DNA of 58,975 nucleotides from an uncultured Bacillota bacterium (GCA_946407495.1 CAMJOB010000004.1:1-58975), one strand, 5' to 3'; numbered from the stretch's first letter, positions 10,560-20,968 are shown. Notes: generated from the sequence alone by a model not told the origin. Translations and numbers: made by a program.

Positions 10560-10716
10560 TATTAATCAAGTTTGTATCCTCGAAATCAGAATCTATTGCT
10601 TTTGCTCTTCCATAACGTCCACCACAACATCCACTTCCACAGCAACAGCATCTTAATACTTCATTTGATAAAGCACAAGTATGTACTTTCATTGTAGGTT
10701 TATTGTACTTTTTCAT
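10552..10716 (-). CDS. 54-aa Cys-rich peptide with YxKP leader (not in ORF track)
   Basis: MKKYNKPTMKVHTCALSNEVLRCCCCGSGCCGGRYGRAKAIDSDFEDTNLINNE; fills the gap. Confidence 0.65.
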   Translation of the reverse strand: MKKYNKPTMKVHTCALSNEVLRCCCCGSGCCGGRYGRAKAIDSDFEDTNLINNE

Positions 10717-10720
10717 ATTA

Positions 10721-11173
10721 TTAAGGATGTGTAAATTTAAAAGGATATTTCTGATTTAACTTATCTAAAATACTTAAAAGTACTTTTCCATTCTCTTTAA
10801 TTTTTGGAACTTCTATATTATATGATCCAGCAAAGTCTATTACTTCGCTAAATAATTCTGAAAAATCTATTTTAATAACGTTTGGAGAATAAAGTGTAAT
10901 AAAATAATGACAATCTAAATCTTCATAGAAATCATTATCTACTAGTTTATCATCAAACGCATTACCATCTTCAAAATATTCACAAATAATTTCTCCAATT
11001 ATTTGTTCTAGATCATTAAGATTATAAATAATTTCGTTTTCAAAATCTTCTTCATCGAAATTAATCATAGTTAAATCACAATAGTCTAGAAACCATTTAT
11101 AAATTTCCCATGTAGAAATGGCGTCTTCGTAATTCCAACCAAGTCTATTATATAAAAATTCTCTTTTATCCAT
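10721..11173 (-). CDS. Acidic hypothetical protein
   Basis: Operon-packed ORF. Confidence 0.65.
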   Translation of the reverse strand: MDKREFLYNRLGWNYEDAISTWEIYKWFLDYCDLTMINFDEEDFENEIIYNLNDLEQIIGEIICEYFEDGNAFDDKLVDNDFYEDLDCHYFITLYSPNVIKIDFSELFSEVIDFAGSYNIEVPKIKENGKVLLSILDKLNQKYPFKFTHP

Positions 11174-11373
11174 TACTTAATGTCGCTTAAAAATTCAAAA
11201 CTAGTAATTGATTCAGGATCTGAAGAATAATCAGAGTCATAACTATCCAATATTTTATAGTTACCATCCTTTAATTCGTCTAAAATTTCATCTTCAGATT
11301 CTGTTTCTACTTCTGCTGTTATACAATCTAATATTTTAGCTTGTACCAAAAATCTTACTGTATATTTTTTCAT
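11173..11373 (-). CDS. Small acidic protein (EAESxEEA family)
   Basis: MKKYTV...VETESEDE. Confidence 0.65.
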   Translation of the reverse strand: MKKYTVRFLVQAKILDCITAEVETESEDEILDELKDGNYKILDSYDSDYSSDPESITSFEFLSDIK

Positions 11374-13526
11374 TATAGATTTTTTCTTAGTTTAAATTCT
11401 TTAATTTTACCTTTGTTAAATTTATTAACTCCGAGTATTGTTTTAGAATATCCAAGATAACCATTCATTCTACGAATTCCGACAGTGTTCATACTACCAC
11501 AAACAGGACATCTATAGTTCTGTTCATAAGGCATACTATCATCACCAATCCAATGGTGTCCGCAATCAGTACATCTATTAGCTGCGTGATTTACAGATTG
11601 ATAGTTACCAATTTTCATAGCATGACGAATAATGGCTTTAACACCTTCTAACATTTCATCAGAAATAGAAGGAATTTTAACGTGACAAATTGAACCACCT
11701 TTAGATAATGGGAAGAATTGATTTTCAAAATTAATCTTCTCAATAGGTGTTACGTCTTCATCAACGTTAATATGGAATGAATTAGAGAAGAAACCTTTTT
11801 CTGTTACTCCTTCAATTTGTCCATACATTTCAACAAATTGATCACAAGCACGTGGAAGCCAAGATTCACCTGGAGTTCCATAAATTGCATAAAGTACATT
11901 GTCAGATTTCTTAATTTCTTCTACTTTATCATTAAAATAAGTCATTACTTCTTTAGCAAAATTACAATCTTCATAGTAATGAGTTTCAATGTTATGATCC
12001 TTATTATATAAAGTTTGTAATTCACTAAGACCACCATAACCGAAACTTATAGTTGAATGTTTAAGAATTGGAGCTACAGAATCATTTGGTCCAACATAAC
12101 CATCATCAAATCCACCTTCCATAAATGCAAGTGGACTACTTGCTCCTTTAAGTTTTCTTTTCAGATATTCAATAGTTCTAAGATTAATTTGTCTTGCTAA
12201 TTCAAAGTAATAATCAAATACTTCATAAAAAGTTTTGTTTTCTAATTTAGCCTTTTGATAGAACATAGGTAAATTGAGAGAAATAACTCCCATATTACAT
12301 CTGTTTATAAGAAGTTCTCCATCTTCATTATAATCAGGAGATAGACACGCTCTACAACCCATCATGGTTATAATCTTGCCTGTCTTCTTATACATATTAC
12401 CAACATAACCAGCATCAAGACTTAAGAAATCAGGATACATTGTATCTTTAGAACATTTAGCAGCTAAATCAAATAAATCTTCAGATATACCACCTTTTCC
12501 GTGTATCTCATCTCTATAAGTAAAGATAAGTTTAGGGAATAATACAGGTGTTTTACCACCAGGTTTACCTTGACCACCCATTCTTGTTTCAAGAATAGTT
12601 TGACTTACAAGTTTAGACCATCTGTCAGTTCCGTTACCAAAACTAAAACTAATAAATGGAAAATCACCTCTACAAGATGAAACACTGTTAAATGTATGTT
12701 CGATACCTTGATAACCTTGCTGTATTTCTCTCTTTACTTTTTTATAAGCATAGTCATCTGCTTTACGAGGGTCTACACCACAACCAGCATCTCCTATAAT
12801 ATTACTATATTCTTTAATATAAAAATTATATGATTTTTGACAGTAATAAGATAAATCCTCATCAACTTGAGGCCAAGTAAGACCACCATATTGATTTCCT
12901 GCAGTAACGCTTATAATATCAGATGCAACTGCTATCGCAGCAGCTACACTGCCTGGTTCTGTATAAGGCATATTTTCAAGAGTAAATCCACCTTTCATAA
13001 TACGACCAACATTTAATAAACAACAATTATATGTTCTATATCGGTCTTTCATATCATGTGGGTAAATAAATCCTTCATTTACAGCTTTTCTTTCTTCTGG
13101 TGTTAAGAAGAATCTCATATAAGATTCTTTAAGGAACTCACCATAAGTAAGAATACCTTTAGTAGATACTAACTGTGAATTACAATTAGCATTAGAATGA
13201 TCTGGTTGAGAATCTAATTCTATTTCTTTATTAATTACCGCTTCCCAAATTTCTTTAATATCAGTTTTATAGTTACGATAACTACGATAAGATTCTGCAA
13301 CTGAATTAAAACCACAATGATCTAATGCACATTCTACTATATTATGAAGTGTTTTAACTGGAACATTCTCAGTTAAAGTAGAATATACGTAATCTGATAC
13401 TTTTTTACAATCGTCATCAGTAAGATCCACAAACACTCGACTAGCACTCTTTCGAATTGCAGTTGCAATTCTCTGTGGATCGAAATCTTCTAAAATACCG
13501 CATTTGTTAATTACTTTTATATCCAT
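11373..13526 (-). CDS. nrdD: Class III anaerobic ribonucleoside-triphosphate reductase
   Basis: ATP cone, YNCC, MGCRA, NSFH, CxxC...CPxCG, RRMNGYLG glycyl-radical loop. Confidence 0.96.
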   Translation of the reverse strand: MDIKVINKCGILEDFDPQRIATAIRKSASRVFVDLTDDDCKKVSDYVYSTLTENVPVKTLHNIVECALDHCGFNSVAESYRSYRNYKTDIKEIWEAVINKEIELDSQPDHSNANCNSQLVSTKGILTYGEFLKESYMRFFLTPEERKAVNEGFIYPHDMKDRYRTYNCCLLNVGRIMKGGFTLENMPYTEPGSVAAAIAVASDIISVTAGNQYGGLTWPQVDEDLSYYCQKSYNFYIKEYSNIIGDAGCGVDPRKADDYAYKKVKREIQQGYQGIEHTFNSVSSCRGDFPFISFSFGNGTDRWSKLVSQTILETRMGGQGKPGGKTPVLFPKLIFTYRDEIHGKGGISEDLFDLAAKCSKDTMYPDFLSLDAGYVGNMYKKTGKIITMMGCRACLSPDYNEDGELLINRCNMGVISLNLPMFYQKAKLENKTFYEVFDYYFELARQINLRTIEYLKRKLKGASSPLAFMEGGFDDGYVGPNDSVAPILKHSTISFGYGGLSELQTLYNKDHNIETHYYEDCNFAKEVMTYFNDKVEEIKKSDNVLYAIYGTPGESWLPRACDQFVEMYGQIEGVTEKGFFSNSFHINVDEDVTPIEKINFENQFFPLSKGGSICHVKIPSISDEMLEGVKAIIRHAMKIGNYQSVNHAANRCTDCGHHWIGDDSMPYEQNYRCPVCGSMNTVGIRRMNGYLGYSKTILGVNKFNKGKIKEFKLRKNL

Positions 13527-13586
13527 TATTTTTTATATTTAAGTGAAAACTAATATACACATTAATTCTCACTTAAACAAATTATT

Positions 13587-14375
13587 TTAGAAGGAACCAA
13601 GAATATCTTTAATAAGTAAAGTTTTCTCTACTTTATTCATAATATCTCGTTTATCGTCAGTGATTTGTTGGGTAAATGCATTATATACATTAAACATTGT
13701 AGTATCGTTTCCTTCACCGACATAATAAGGCGAATCTTTTTTCTCAAAAAGATCTTTATATGTATCAATTATATTTGTCGCACTTAATTTAACTTTTCCA
13801 AATCCGTTATCGTAAGATAGAGCAATAGAATTACGAATCCACTCGCCAAGTGATTCATTTATTGAAACATAATCAGTAGCAAATGAAGTAGTGTGAAGTT
13901 TATTAAGCCATGCTTTAAGGTCACAAGTTTGCTCCATCATTTGACGAATAGGTTTATAATTAAATGGCTTTTCTGCTTCAATTTCTTGAATATGTAGAAA
14001 AGAAGGATCGAATACACAAAGATTAGTACAAGCTCTATTAAGACCACCTCTGTATAACTTTACAATTGGTTTGCGACAATCTAAACCATATACCATACCA
14101 ACAACTTCATCGTGATTGTCAAAAGCATATTCTTCAGGCATCACTGCTTGAATCCAAACACGATTATAGGTAATATCATCATAATTAATATCTCCATTAG
14201 AAGTCTTAGTAATTTGATCTGGGAGTTTTGCCTCAATTCTAAAATCAGAAGTGAATTTAGACATTCTTTCTATAAATGGTTCTACATAAGCTGCAGTTGG
14301 AAAAAAGTCATTTTCCTTAATTCGAGTTGCTTTACCCTTTAGTAATTCTTCAAGTTTTAATTCCATAGTAATCAA
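13587..14375 (-). CDS. DUF932/DUF945-like phage protein
   Basis: NRACTNL and FNVYNAFT motifs. Confidence 0.65.
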   Translation of the reverse strand: MITMELKLEELLKGKATRIKENDFFPTAAYVEPFIERMSKFTSDFRIEAKLPDQITKTSNGDINYDDITYNRVWIQAVMPEEYAFDNHDEVVGMVYGLDCRKPIVKLYRGGLNRACTNLCVFDPSFLHIQEIEAEKPFNYKPIRQMMEQTCDLKAWLNKLHTTSFATDYVSINESLGEWIRNSIALSYDNGFGKVKLSATNIIDTYKDLFEKKDSPYYVGEGNDTTMFNVYNAFTQQITDDKRDIMNKVEKTLLIKDILGSF

Positions 14376-14768
14376 TTAGAAAACCTCACCTTCAGGTACA
14401 CAGTAATTAAATGTATAATCTTCTCCACCAAATGAGATAGTCTTTGATGTTGCCTTTATATAATCTTCTGGTGAAATTAAATAAGCACCACTTTCATCGA
14501 CAAAATCAAGTTTGTAGTTCTTATTTATAATACCATACTTAAGTCCAACATATTCATAAATATTGTGACGGATAAGGTTAGTAATATTATCAATGAAACT
14601 TAAGTCTGTAATCCAAGTAAACTTGGTAGATACTTTATAAAGTTGTTCATCTGGAATTTCATTAGCAACATTTCCAAACTTCTTCTTTACAATACTTTGT
14701 GTTTCTTTAAGAGATAAAATACCAAATTGCTTCATTGCTTTATTATAAATTTTTTCAAGTGTGTTCAT
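14376..14768 (-). CDS. Hypothetical protein
   Basis: Operon-packed ORF. Confidence 0.65.
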   Translation of the reverse strand: MNTLEKIYNKAMKQFGILSLKETQSIVKKKFGNVANEIPDEQLYKVSTKFTWITDLSFIDNITNLIRHNIYEYVGLKYGIINKNYKLDFVDESGAYLISPEDYIKATSKTISFGGEDYTFNYCVPEGEVF

Positions 14769-15358
14769 ATGCAGTTTCTATAAATATTTAACATTATTTT
14801 ATCTATCTCAACTTTATTAGGTACATCACAAGTATGAATGTTTAAATCATGTAAATTTATAAAGTTACACTTTTTACACGCTTTACTTGGAGATTCTAAT
14901 TTTAATAAATCTTTTAAATCTTGTTTAAATTTATTAATGATGTCTATGTTTTCATCAATTAAAATATAATCGAAATAATTCACAGAATTGATAATCAAAA
15001 CTTTACAATTTTCTTGCATCATTTGTACAAAATAAAGTAAAGCCTGATTTATTTGATACTTATATGCTGCCGAATTTCGTTTAATTGACCTTTTACATTC
15101 CTGTATTCCGAAAAATTTAAACTTGCTATCATCATCAAATTTAAACCTAATTAATCCATCTGTAACTCCTTTTAAAAATCTCTTTTTAATAACATCGGTT
15201 TTTCCGCTTGTAGAACGTAAGATGGAGTTACAATAGATTGATTCTATTACACTTTCAACCTCTACATTTCCTTCTTTATCAAAGAAATCATTATAAAAGT
15301 CAGTTCCTTTTACGGGAATAAATGTAACATTTTTAGTAATTGTGTTTATTTGACGCAT
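14765..15358 (-). CDS. Hypothetical protein, possible PD-(D/E)XK fold
   Basis: TDG..QECK..QALLY pattern. Confidence 0.5.
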   Translation of the reverse strand: MRQINTITKNVTFIPVKGTDFYNDFFDKEGNVEVESVIESIYCNSILRSTSGKTDVIKKRFLKGVTDGLIRFKFDDDSKFKFFGIQECKRSIKRNSAAYKYQINQALLYFVQMMQENCKVLIINSVNYFDYILIDENIDIINKFKQDLKDLLKLESPSKACKKCNFINLHDLNIHTCDVPNKVEIDKIMLNIYRNCI

Positions 15359-15393
15359 CCGCCGTTAGTTTCACTTTCGTGTTGTAATAAAAA

Positions 15394-15427
15394 AATAGGC
15401 GATGCTGATTTCTCAACATCGCCTATT
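15394..15427 (-). terminator. Rho-independent terminator
   Basis: AAUAGGCGAUG...CAUCGCCUAUU followed by a U-run. Confidence 0.75.
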
Positions 15428-15440
15428 ATATTAAAAAAGA

Positions 15441-16073
15441 TTAAGCCTTGATACCAAAAGCGATATACTTACCAGGTCTTGTATTCTTAGAAGGAGTATA
15501 CTCATAAACAGCAGCAATAGCCTGCTCTGGATTACGTGTTACTTTCTTGTAAAGAATAACAACATCTTCCTTGATTACACCATCAGTGAAGAGTTTCTTA
15601 GCTACCTTATCAGCATCAGCTTTCTTAACGCGGATTTCCTTCTCTGCTTCGTTGTTTTCACCATCGTTCTTAACTGTAACCTTAGCGAATTTCTTTGCGT
15701 CGTCAAGTGTAACAGTAGCATAAACCTTACCAGATGCCTTACCAACGATGTCGAAGTTAGTTACCCACTCACGCTTACCGTTCTCGTTCTTTACGTTAAT
15801 TTTCTTGTAAGGACGTTCACGCTTGTCAACAATTGCAGACTCCTCTACAATGATATAACCAGAACCCTCAACATTCTTAGTTTTCTTCTTAAGATAATCA
15901 AGGAAGAACTGCTTCTTAGCTGACTCTGTTACAATACCAGTCTGCTCTGAAAGCCACTTCTTATATGCCTGTGTTGCGTTTCCCTGAATACCAAATGGTG
16001 CGAATGACTTAGCCTCGTCAAGATTAGCTGCTGTAAACTCTACTTTCTCAAAATTTAAAATTTTCTCTGCCAT
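15441..16073 (-). CDS. Hypothetical protein, probably highly expressed
   Basis: Own promoters and terminator; AAG/GAG/AAC-rich codon usage. Confidence 0.75.
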   Translation of the reverse strand: MAEKILNFEKVEFTAANLDEAKSFAPFGIQGNATQAYKKWLSEQTGIVTESAKKQFFLDYLKKKTKNVEGSGYIIVEESAIVDKRERPYKKINVKNENGKREWVTNFDIVGKASGKVYATVTLDDAKKFAKVTVKNDGENNEAEKEIRVKKADADKVAKKLFTDGVIKEDVVILYKKVTRNPEQAIAAVYEYTPSKNTRPGKYIAFGIKA

Positions 16074-16130
16074 AATTTTACTTTTTTATTAAACATTTAT
16101 TCTTATTAACATGATCTAAAAATTCTAAAT

Positions 16131-16162
16131 CAAATATATATATTAATTTTTATACTAACAAA
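16131..16162 (-). promoter_or_regulatory. Bacteroidota sigma-A type promoter
   Basis: TTTG-N20-TATATTTG (-33/-7 consensus). Confidence 0.7.
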
Positions 16163-16217
16163 TATTTTAATATAAATTTTTGATTTTTTCAACTTTTCTT
16201 TTCCCGAAAAGCTGATA

Positions 16218-16249
16218 CAAATATACATCTGCTTTCTGAAATTTCCAAA
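16218..16249 (-). promoter_or_regulatory. Bacteroidota sigma-A type promoter
   Basis: TTTG-N20-TATATTTG. Confidence 0.7.
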
Positions 16250-16270
16250 TATTTTAAATATTAATTTTTG

Positions 16271-16627
16271 TTAAAATGGAACAAATTTATCAAAAATATC
16301 TTTAATGGTATTTAAGATTTCTTTTTCATTTAAATCAAAAGTTGGAAATTCCGTACATCCATAACCAAATTCATCGCAAACGACCGCCAGAGCCTTTAAA
16401 TATCTGTCTGGAATACCTTTACCTACAGCCAATTTTTGAATGATTTGGTAATGCGTAATATCTGGTTTTTTGGATTTTAATTTATGTGTCGTATAACAAA
16501 TTAATGAAATTAAAGCCATTTTGGTTTTAAAATCAGTATCTAAAAATCCTAATGAAAAGAATTTATGATAGATTTGTAATAATTGTTTATACGAATACCA
16601 ATCCTCAATTTCTAAATCACTGCTCAT
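16271..16627 (-). CDS. Hypothetical protein
   Basis: ORF track. Confidence 0.65.
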   Translation of the reverse strand: MSSDLEIEDWYSYKQLLQIYHKFFSLGFLDTDFKTKMALISLICYTTHKLKSKKPDITHYQIIQKLAVGKGIPDRYLKALAVVCDEFGYGCTEFPTFDLNEKEILNTIKDIFDKFVPF

Positions 16628-17685
16628 AAACCACTATTTATGAAAGTTTCTGCCTTTATAGCATCTTTATAAAATAAAGTAATAGCAGCTCTTCTTAGTA
16701 AATCTTTGAATTCCTTTGCTCCAATTTTAAATAACTCTCTTGTCATAGGAGTTACTTTTGTATAATAATTTGGAATAGTTGAAACCCATAAGAAATTACT
16801 TTTAACACTACATTTTTCTAAATTATAAAACTTCTTAGCACATAAAGAAAGTAAGTAACAATACATATACATTTCTCTATAGTAATGATATTTCATAATT
16901 TGGTCATCGCAATTGTCGAGTGTTCTTCCAATTGTTTTAACATCATTTACAGTAATTAGATTTGATTCTTTATCAATAGTATAATTATCAATTTTAGATT
17001 TTAATCTTACTGTAAAAGGTTCAAGTCCTTCAGCTTCTACCCTAACATCAAGTAAAATAGCTTGCTCACATTCAGAAATCGGATCTTCAAGTAATCCTTT
17101 AGGATGAAGTAACTCTTGGACTTTTTTATTATTTTGTAAAGCAGAAATACAATTTTTAGCTTTATCTAACGTTTTTGAATCCAAGAAAGTAGATACCTTT
17201 CTATCATCATATTGTAAGAATTGATTCAACTTTATTAGATAATTCTTAATTTTAGGAAGTATTTCTTTGCGTTTTTCATTTGTCGGATTACCTTTATAAT
17301 AATCCACAGTTAAACAGGCTTGTAAAAATTCTTCTTTTGTAAAATTTGATACATCATCCGATTTTGTAATCTTAGCAATTTCGTCTGCTACAAAACCTAC
17401 TTTCGCAGTAGGTCTGTCTAAATCTGGACAAATATCAAATAAATCAGGTTGAAGAATTTGTTCATGAACAACTGTTCCCAAAGTTAAACTGTCACTAAAT
17501 ATTCTATTAGATGCAAATCCATCCAAGAATTTTTGTGGGGAACCTCCATTTGTAGGATCTATAAAGCCAAGCCTTGAATTACTTATATAGTCTTTATATA
17601 CCTCACTAAAATACTCTTCGTCCGAAATTTTTTGCAGACGAAGAGTATCAAGTAATGGGGTTATTTTAATATCGTTTAAATTCAT
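16624..17685 (-). CDS. PD-(D/E)XK exonuclease (RecE/ExoVIII-like)
   Basis: ISNSRL, LGTVVHE, KSKID..NDVKT, Y.Y..EMYMY. Confidence 0.8.
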   Translation of the reverse strand: MNLNDIKITPLLDTLRLQKISDEEYFSEVYKDYISNSRLGFIDPTNGGSPQKFLDGFASNRIFSDSLTLGTVVHEQILQPDLFDICPDLDRPTAKVGFVADEIAKITKSDDVSNFTKEEFLQACLTVDYYKGNPTNEKRKEILPKIKNYLIKLNQFLQYDDRKVSTFLDSKTLDKAKNCISALQNNKKVQELLHPKGLLEDPISECEQAILLDVRVEAEGLEPFTVRLKSKIDNYTIDKESNLITVNDVKTIGRTLDNCDDQIMKYHYYREMYMYCYLLSLCAKKFYNLEKCSVKSNFLWVSTIPNYYTKVTPMTRELFKIGAKEFKDLLRRAAITLFYKDAIKAETFINSGL

Positions 17686-18191
17686 TCTAAATTCTTATCA
17701 GTTAATAATTTATTATAAACACCTTCAATTTCTGCATACTTTAAAGAATATATGCGATAAGGTGTTTCATAATTCTTATTTTGAACAGAATCAATTAAAA
17801 GACAGGGGATTCCTTTCTTATTTAAGTCTTCAAAAATTCTAACGGAATCATCAATGAATACATCAACTTTTCCACGAATTGTTTCAGCCTTACTTAAGTG
17901 ATAACCAGGAATTTGATATAATGGGCTTTTAGGCAAACCTCTATCATTGAGATATTGTTTTGTCCATCGTTTATTGTTAATTCTACAACTACAATAAAGT
18001 CTTGGCTCAAAATCGGGTTTTCTTAAAAGAGGCAATCCTAACCAGAACTCACGTTCTTTAATAAGAATATTATTTACATTTCTTGTAATTGCCCAATCAA
18101 CTTTTGGAAACTTTCCAAATCTTTCAATATATCCTTGTGAAAATCCAGCGATAGTATCATCAATATCTAATCCTATTCGTAGTTTATTCAT
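17682..18191 (-). CDS. HAD-family 5'(3')-deoxyribonucleotidase-like protein
   Basis: GLDIDDTI and FIDD motifs. Confidence 0.8.
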   Translation of the reverse strand: MNKLRIGLDIDDTIAGFSQGYIERFGKFPKVDWAITRNVNNILIKEREFWLGLPLLRKPDFEPRLYCSCRINNKRWTKQYLNDRGLPKSPLYQIPGYHLSKAETIRGKVDVFIDDSVRIFEDLNKKGIPCLLIDSVQNKNYETPYRIYSLKYAEIEGVYNKLLTDKNLE

Positions 18192-18459
18192 ATTTATACA
18201 TTCTAATATTTGGAAAATTTGTTTTAACGAAGGCTATTAAGTCATCGTAATCATCAAAAGAATTATCAGATCTGCCATCGTTATCGTGAAATTCGTATTG
18301 TTCACTTAGAGGATTATAAAATAACAATCCTTTAGGATTATCCGTAAGAATAAAACCTATTAAAAAATCATCTGAGTTTATGACTTTTCTATTTTTTTCC
18401 TCGATTATTAACTCAGGAAGGGTTGAAAGAAAATTCGTCTCCATTGTATATATCTCCAA
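18184..18459 (-). CDS. Hypothetical protein
   Basis: ORF track. Confidence 0.55.
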   Translation of the reverse strand: MEIYTMETNFLSTLPELIIEEKNRKVINSDDFLIGFILTDNPKGLLFYNPLSEQYEFHDNDGRSDNSFDDYDDLIAFVKTNFPNIRMYKYE

Positions 18460-18646
18460 TACTAAAATCTTGTTTATTTAATTCTTCTCGAAGTTCTCTC
18501 CAACTAGAAACATTACCAAAATCATAATCTTCTCTGAAAAGTTCTTCGAATTTTTCTTCAGCTTCAGCTAAAGAATTAGCTATTACATATTTGATAGTCG
18601 GACGATCTTGACTCAAATCATCCACAGGACAAATATATGTATTCAT
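18413..18646 (-). CDS. Small acidic protein (ANSxxEA family)
   Basis: VIANSLAEAEEKF. Confidence 0.65.
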   Translation of the reverse strand: MNTYICPVDDLSQDRPTIKYVIANSLAEAEEKFEELFREDYDFGNVSSWRELREELNKQDFSIGDIYNGDEFSFNPS

Positions 18647-19179
18647 TTCTTAATTAATTCGTAAAAATAGTCAAGTGGAATTATAGCAACAGCACCTTTA
18701 CTTATACTTCCTGGTTCTGGAGCTTTTTTCCATAAAAGACAAAATGGTTTAGATTTATCTGAACATTCTTCTGATATTCTAAAATAAGATGGAGTATTCA
18801 TTGTATATTTACACTGAATATTTACAGGAAGTTCATCTTCCATGTCTATAATATCAATCTTATTATTATCAGTAGACCTAGATTCTCCAGCTGCTCTTAT
18901 ACAACCTGGATAACCTATATCTTGAAGTTTATGAACAATTTCAGACTCAAAGGTACTACCTTTGTTCTTAGACTTTTTAGCTTGATAATGTCTTCTTGTA
19001 TGTTCATCTAACCATTCAAACTGTGTTTTATCTTTACCACCTGCACCTTTTCGATTTGCTCTTATCTTTATAGAATTGACGGTAATACCTGTCTTTTCAG
19101 ATGCTTCTTCTACAGAACTAAATTCTTCTGTATGACCGTCTTTGAATATCGCTTTACAAGCTGTGTTTAATTCAACCAC
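18643..19179 (-). CDS. Holliday junction resolvase with N-terminal NUMOD1-like HTH
   Basis: KNKGSTFE..ID..NIQCK; N-terminal FSSVEEASEKTGI. Confidence 0.75.
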   Translation of the reverse strand: MVELNTACKAIFKDGHTEEFSSVEEASEKTGITVNSIKIRANRKGAGGKDKTQFEWLDEHTRRHYQAKKSKNKGSTFESEIVHKLQDIGYPGCIRAAGESRSTDNNKIDIIDMEDELPVNIQCKYTMNTPSYFRISEECSDKSKPFCLLWKKAPEPGSISKGAVAIIPLDYFYELIKK

Positions 19180-20177
19180 CTACTTTTTAGCCATAATAAT
19201 TTTTCTTTTAAATAACTTATGAATTTCTCTTTACCTAATAATTTGCGAAGATCTGATATGTCTTTTGCTCCAGATTCTCTTGGAATCCAAATATATTTTA
19301 ATTCGGGATGTTTCTTTTTAATTTTATTCATATTACTAATTCCAGGTAAGTCATTATCATAAAGAACGTATATATTTGTAAAACGTTCTTTAAGTTTTTC
19401 TAATACTGAATCAGTTATAAATAAATTTTCCGAATTAGGAGCAATTGCTGTTATTCCTATAGAATATAATGTCATTACATCTTTCATAGATTTAGTAATG
19501 ACAAGAGTATTTCCTGTTTTGGGAAGTTGGTCAAAACCTTGAATTTTATTTGCGTTCCAGTTACTTAGAAACCTGTATTCTTTTCGTTTTGGGAAATAAA
19601 TTCTCCAAAGTTCAACCTTATCTTTAATGTTTCCGTAATAGCCAAATATCATATTGGTTCTTGATGAACTCGCGAACCTATTTCCATTTAACCATACGTT
19701 TTTACAAGAATAAACTTTAAACTTTTTAAGTATTTTTTCGTCTATTCCATATTTTTTCCACCATTTGAGTTCTGTATCAGTAAAATCTTGTATTTCTACA
19801 TTGATAATTGCTTGTCCAGAATCTACAAATTTAGGCACTTCTTTGATTTTAATTTCTTCTTTTTTAACAGAAGTTTTAATTAAACCAAAATCAGAAGCTA
19901 TGATTTTTAATGCTTTATGATAACTACATTCGTATTTAGTCATTACAACATTAACGAAATTACCATAGAAAGCACCACTAAAATCCTTAAAGATAAGTTC
20001 TCCAGATTTATTTCTAAAGAATGAACAAGTAGGAGTTTTATCTCCCCTCAAAGGAGATCTGAATAATCCTTTTTTAACAGGAATACCCAAATAATGTGTC
20101 ATATAAGTTTCTTCGCTAAACTTAGATAAAAGAAATTCTTTAGTTATTTCTTGTTCAAATTCAAAATTTAATTTCAT
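19167..20177 (-). CDS. DNA primase (TOPRIM)
   Basis: SPLR.D.TP.C, KDF, ITKSMKDVM, YDND..G, KDISD. Confidence 0.88.
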   Translation of the reverse strand: MKLNFEFEQEITKEFLLSKFSEETYMTHYLGIPVKKGLFRSPLRGDKTPTCSFFRNKSGELIFKDFSGAFYGNFVNVVMTKYECSYHKALKIIASDFGLIKTSVKKEEIKIKEVPKFVDSGQAIINVEIQDFTDTELKWWKKYGIDEKILKKFKVYSCKNVWLNGNRFASSSRTNMIFGYYGNIKDKVELWRIYFPKRKEYRFLSNWNANKIQGFDQLPKTGNTLVITKSMKDVMTLYSIGITAIAPNSENLFITDSVLEKLKERFTNIYVLYDNDLPGISNMNKIKKKHPELKYIWIPRESGAKDISDLRKLLGKEKFISYLKEKLLWLKSRWLN

Positions 20178-20230
20178 CTTTAAAATAAATTAATATTATC
20201 TAATATAAATTATTTTAATGAGAAATTAAA

Positions 20231-20258
20231 ATAAAACTTACCCGAAGGTAAGTTTTAC
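20231..20258 (-). terminator. Rho-independent terminator
   Basis: UAAAACUUACC-UUCG-GGUAAGUUUUA followed by a U-rich tail. Confidence 0.8.
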
Positions 20259-20262
20259 GTTG

Positions 20263-20958
20263 TTAATCCATCAGACCTGCGAAATCATCAATTACATTTT
20301 CTGATCCCTTATCAGATTTGCTATCTGAAGGTGCTTCTGTGTCAGCCATCTTTGTTGGAGCAGCTGTTTCATACTTCTTCTTCTCATCAAGTTCATAATT
20401 AGAGAAAGCTACAGCGTCACCAATGAAAGTGTCAGAAGTATAAGGATTTCCGTCCTTACTGATTCTACAATAAACAGGAAGACCACAGAAAATCTTACCA
20501 TCATTGTTCTTTCCAACAAGCTTAAGCTTTGGAGACTTATCAGTCTTCTCGTTAAGAATCTTCTTTACGAGACCAATAAGTGTGTCATAACTATCAATCT
20601 TACTTCCATTCTTCTTAAGAATGTCAAGTCCTGTTGATGTAAATGCTGCAATAACCTGTGCAATAAACACAAGATTAGATTCATGATTAGATGGAATCCA
20701 ACGCTCTACGCCGTTCTTATCCTTATATGATTTACGATCGTTATTAGTAGGTTCAAAGAAACGTTCGGTATACTTACCCTCCTTGAACTCGAAAACGAAA
20801 TCCCAAGCTCTCCACTCAGAACCGTCTTGACGTTTACCTTTAATAACGTCGCTAATTCCACCAAACTTTACATTCTCATAGATATTCCAAGGACGAGGAC
20901 CACCAACTGCTGTTGGCTTAACTGTTTCAAAACCACCAAAATTAAATCCGTTACTCAT
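20263..20958 (-). CDS. Putative single-stranded DNA-binding protein
   Basis: Between recombinase and primase; aromatic beta-rich body; acidic tail. Confidence 0.55.
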   Translation of the reverse strand: MSNGFNFGGFETVKPTAVGGPRPWNIYENVKFGGISDVIKGKRQDGSEWRAWDFVFEFKEGKYTERFFEPTNNDRKSYKDKNGVERWIPSNHESNLVFIAQVIAAFTSTGLDILKKNGSKIDSYDTLIGLVKKILNEKTDKSPKLKLVGKNNDGKIFCGLPVYCRISKDGNPYTSDTFIGDAVAFSNYELDEKKKYETAAPTKMADTEAPSDSKSDKGSENVIDDFAGLMD

Positions 20959-20968
20959 TTTTCAAAAA

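Noticed and set aside
11373-13526. Intein or intron in nrdD
   Set aside because: Normal length, continuous motifs and no splice signatures
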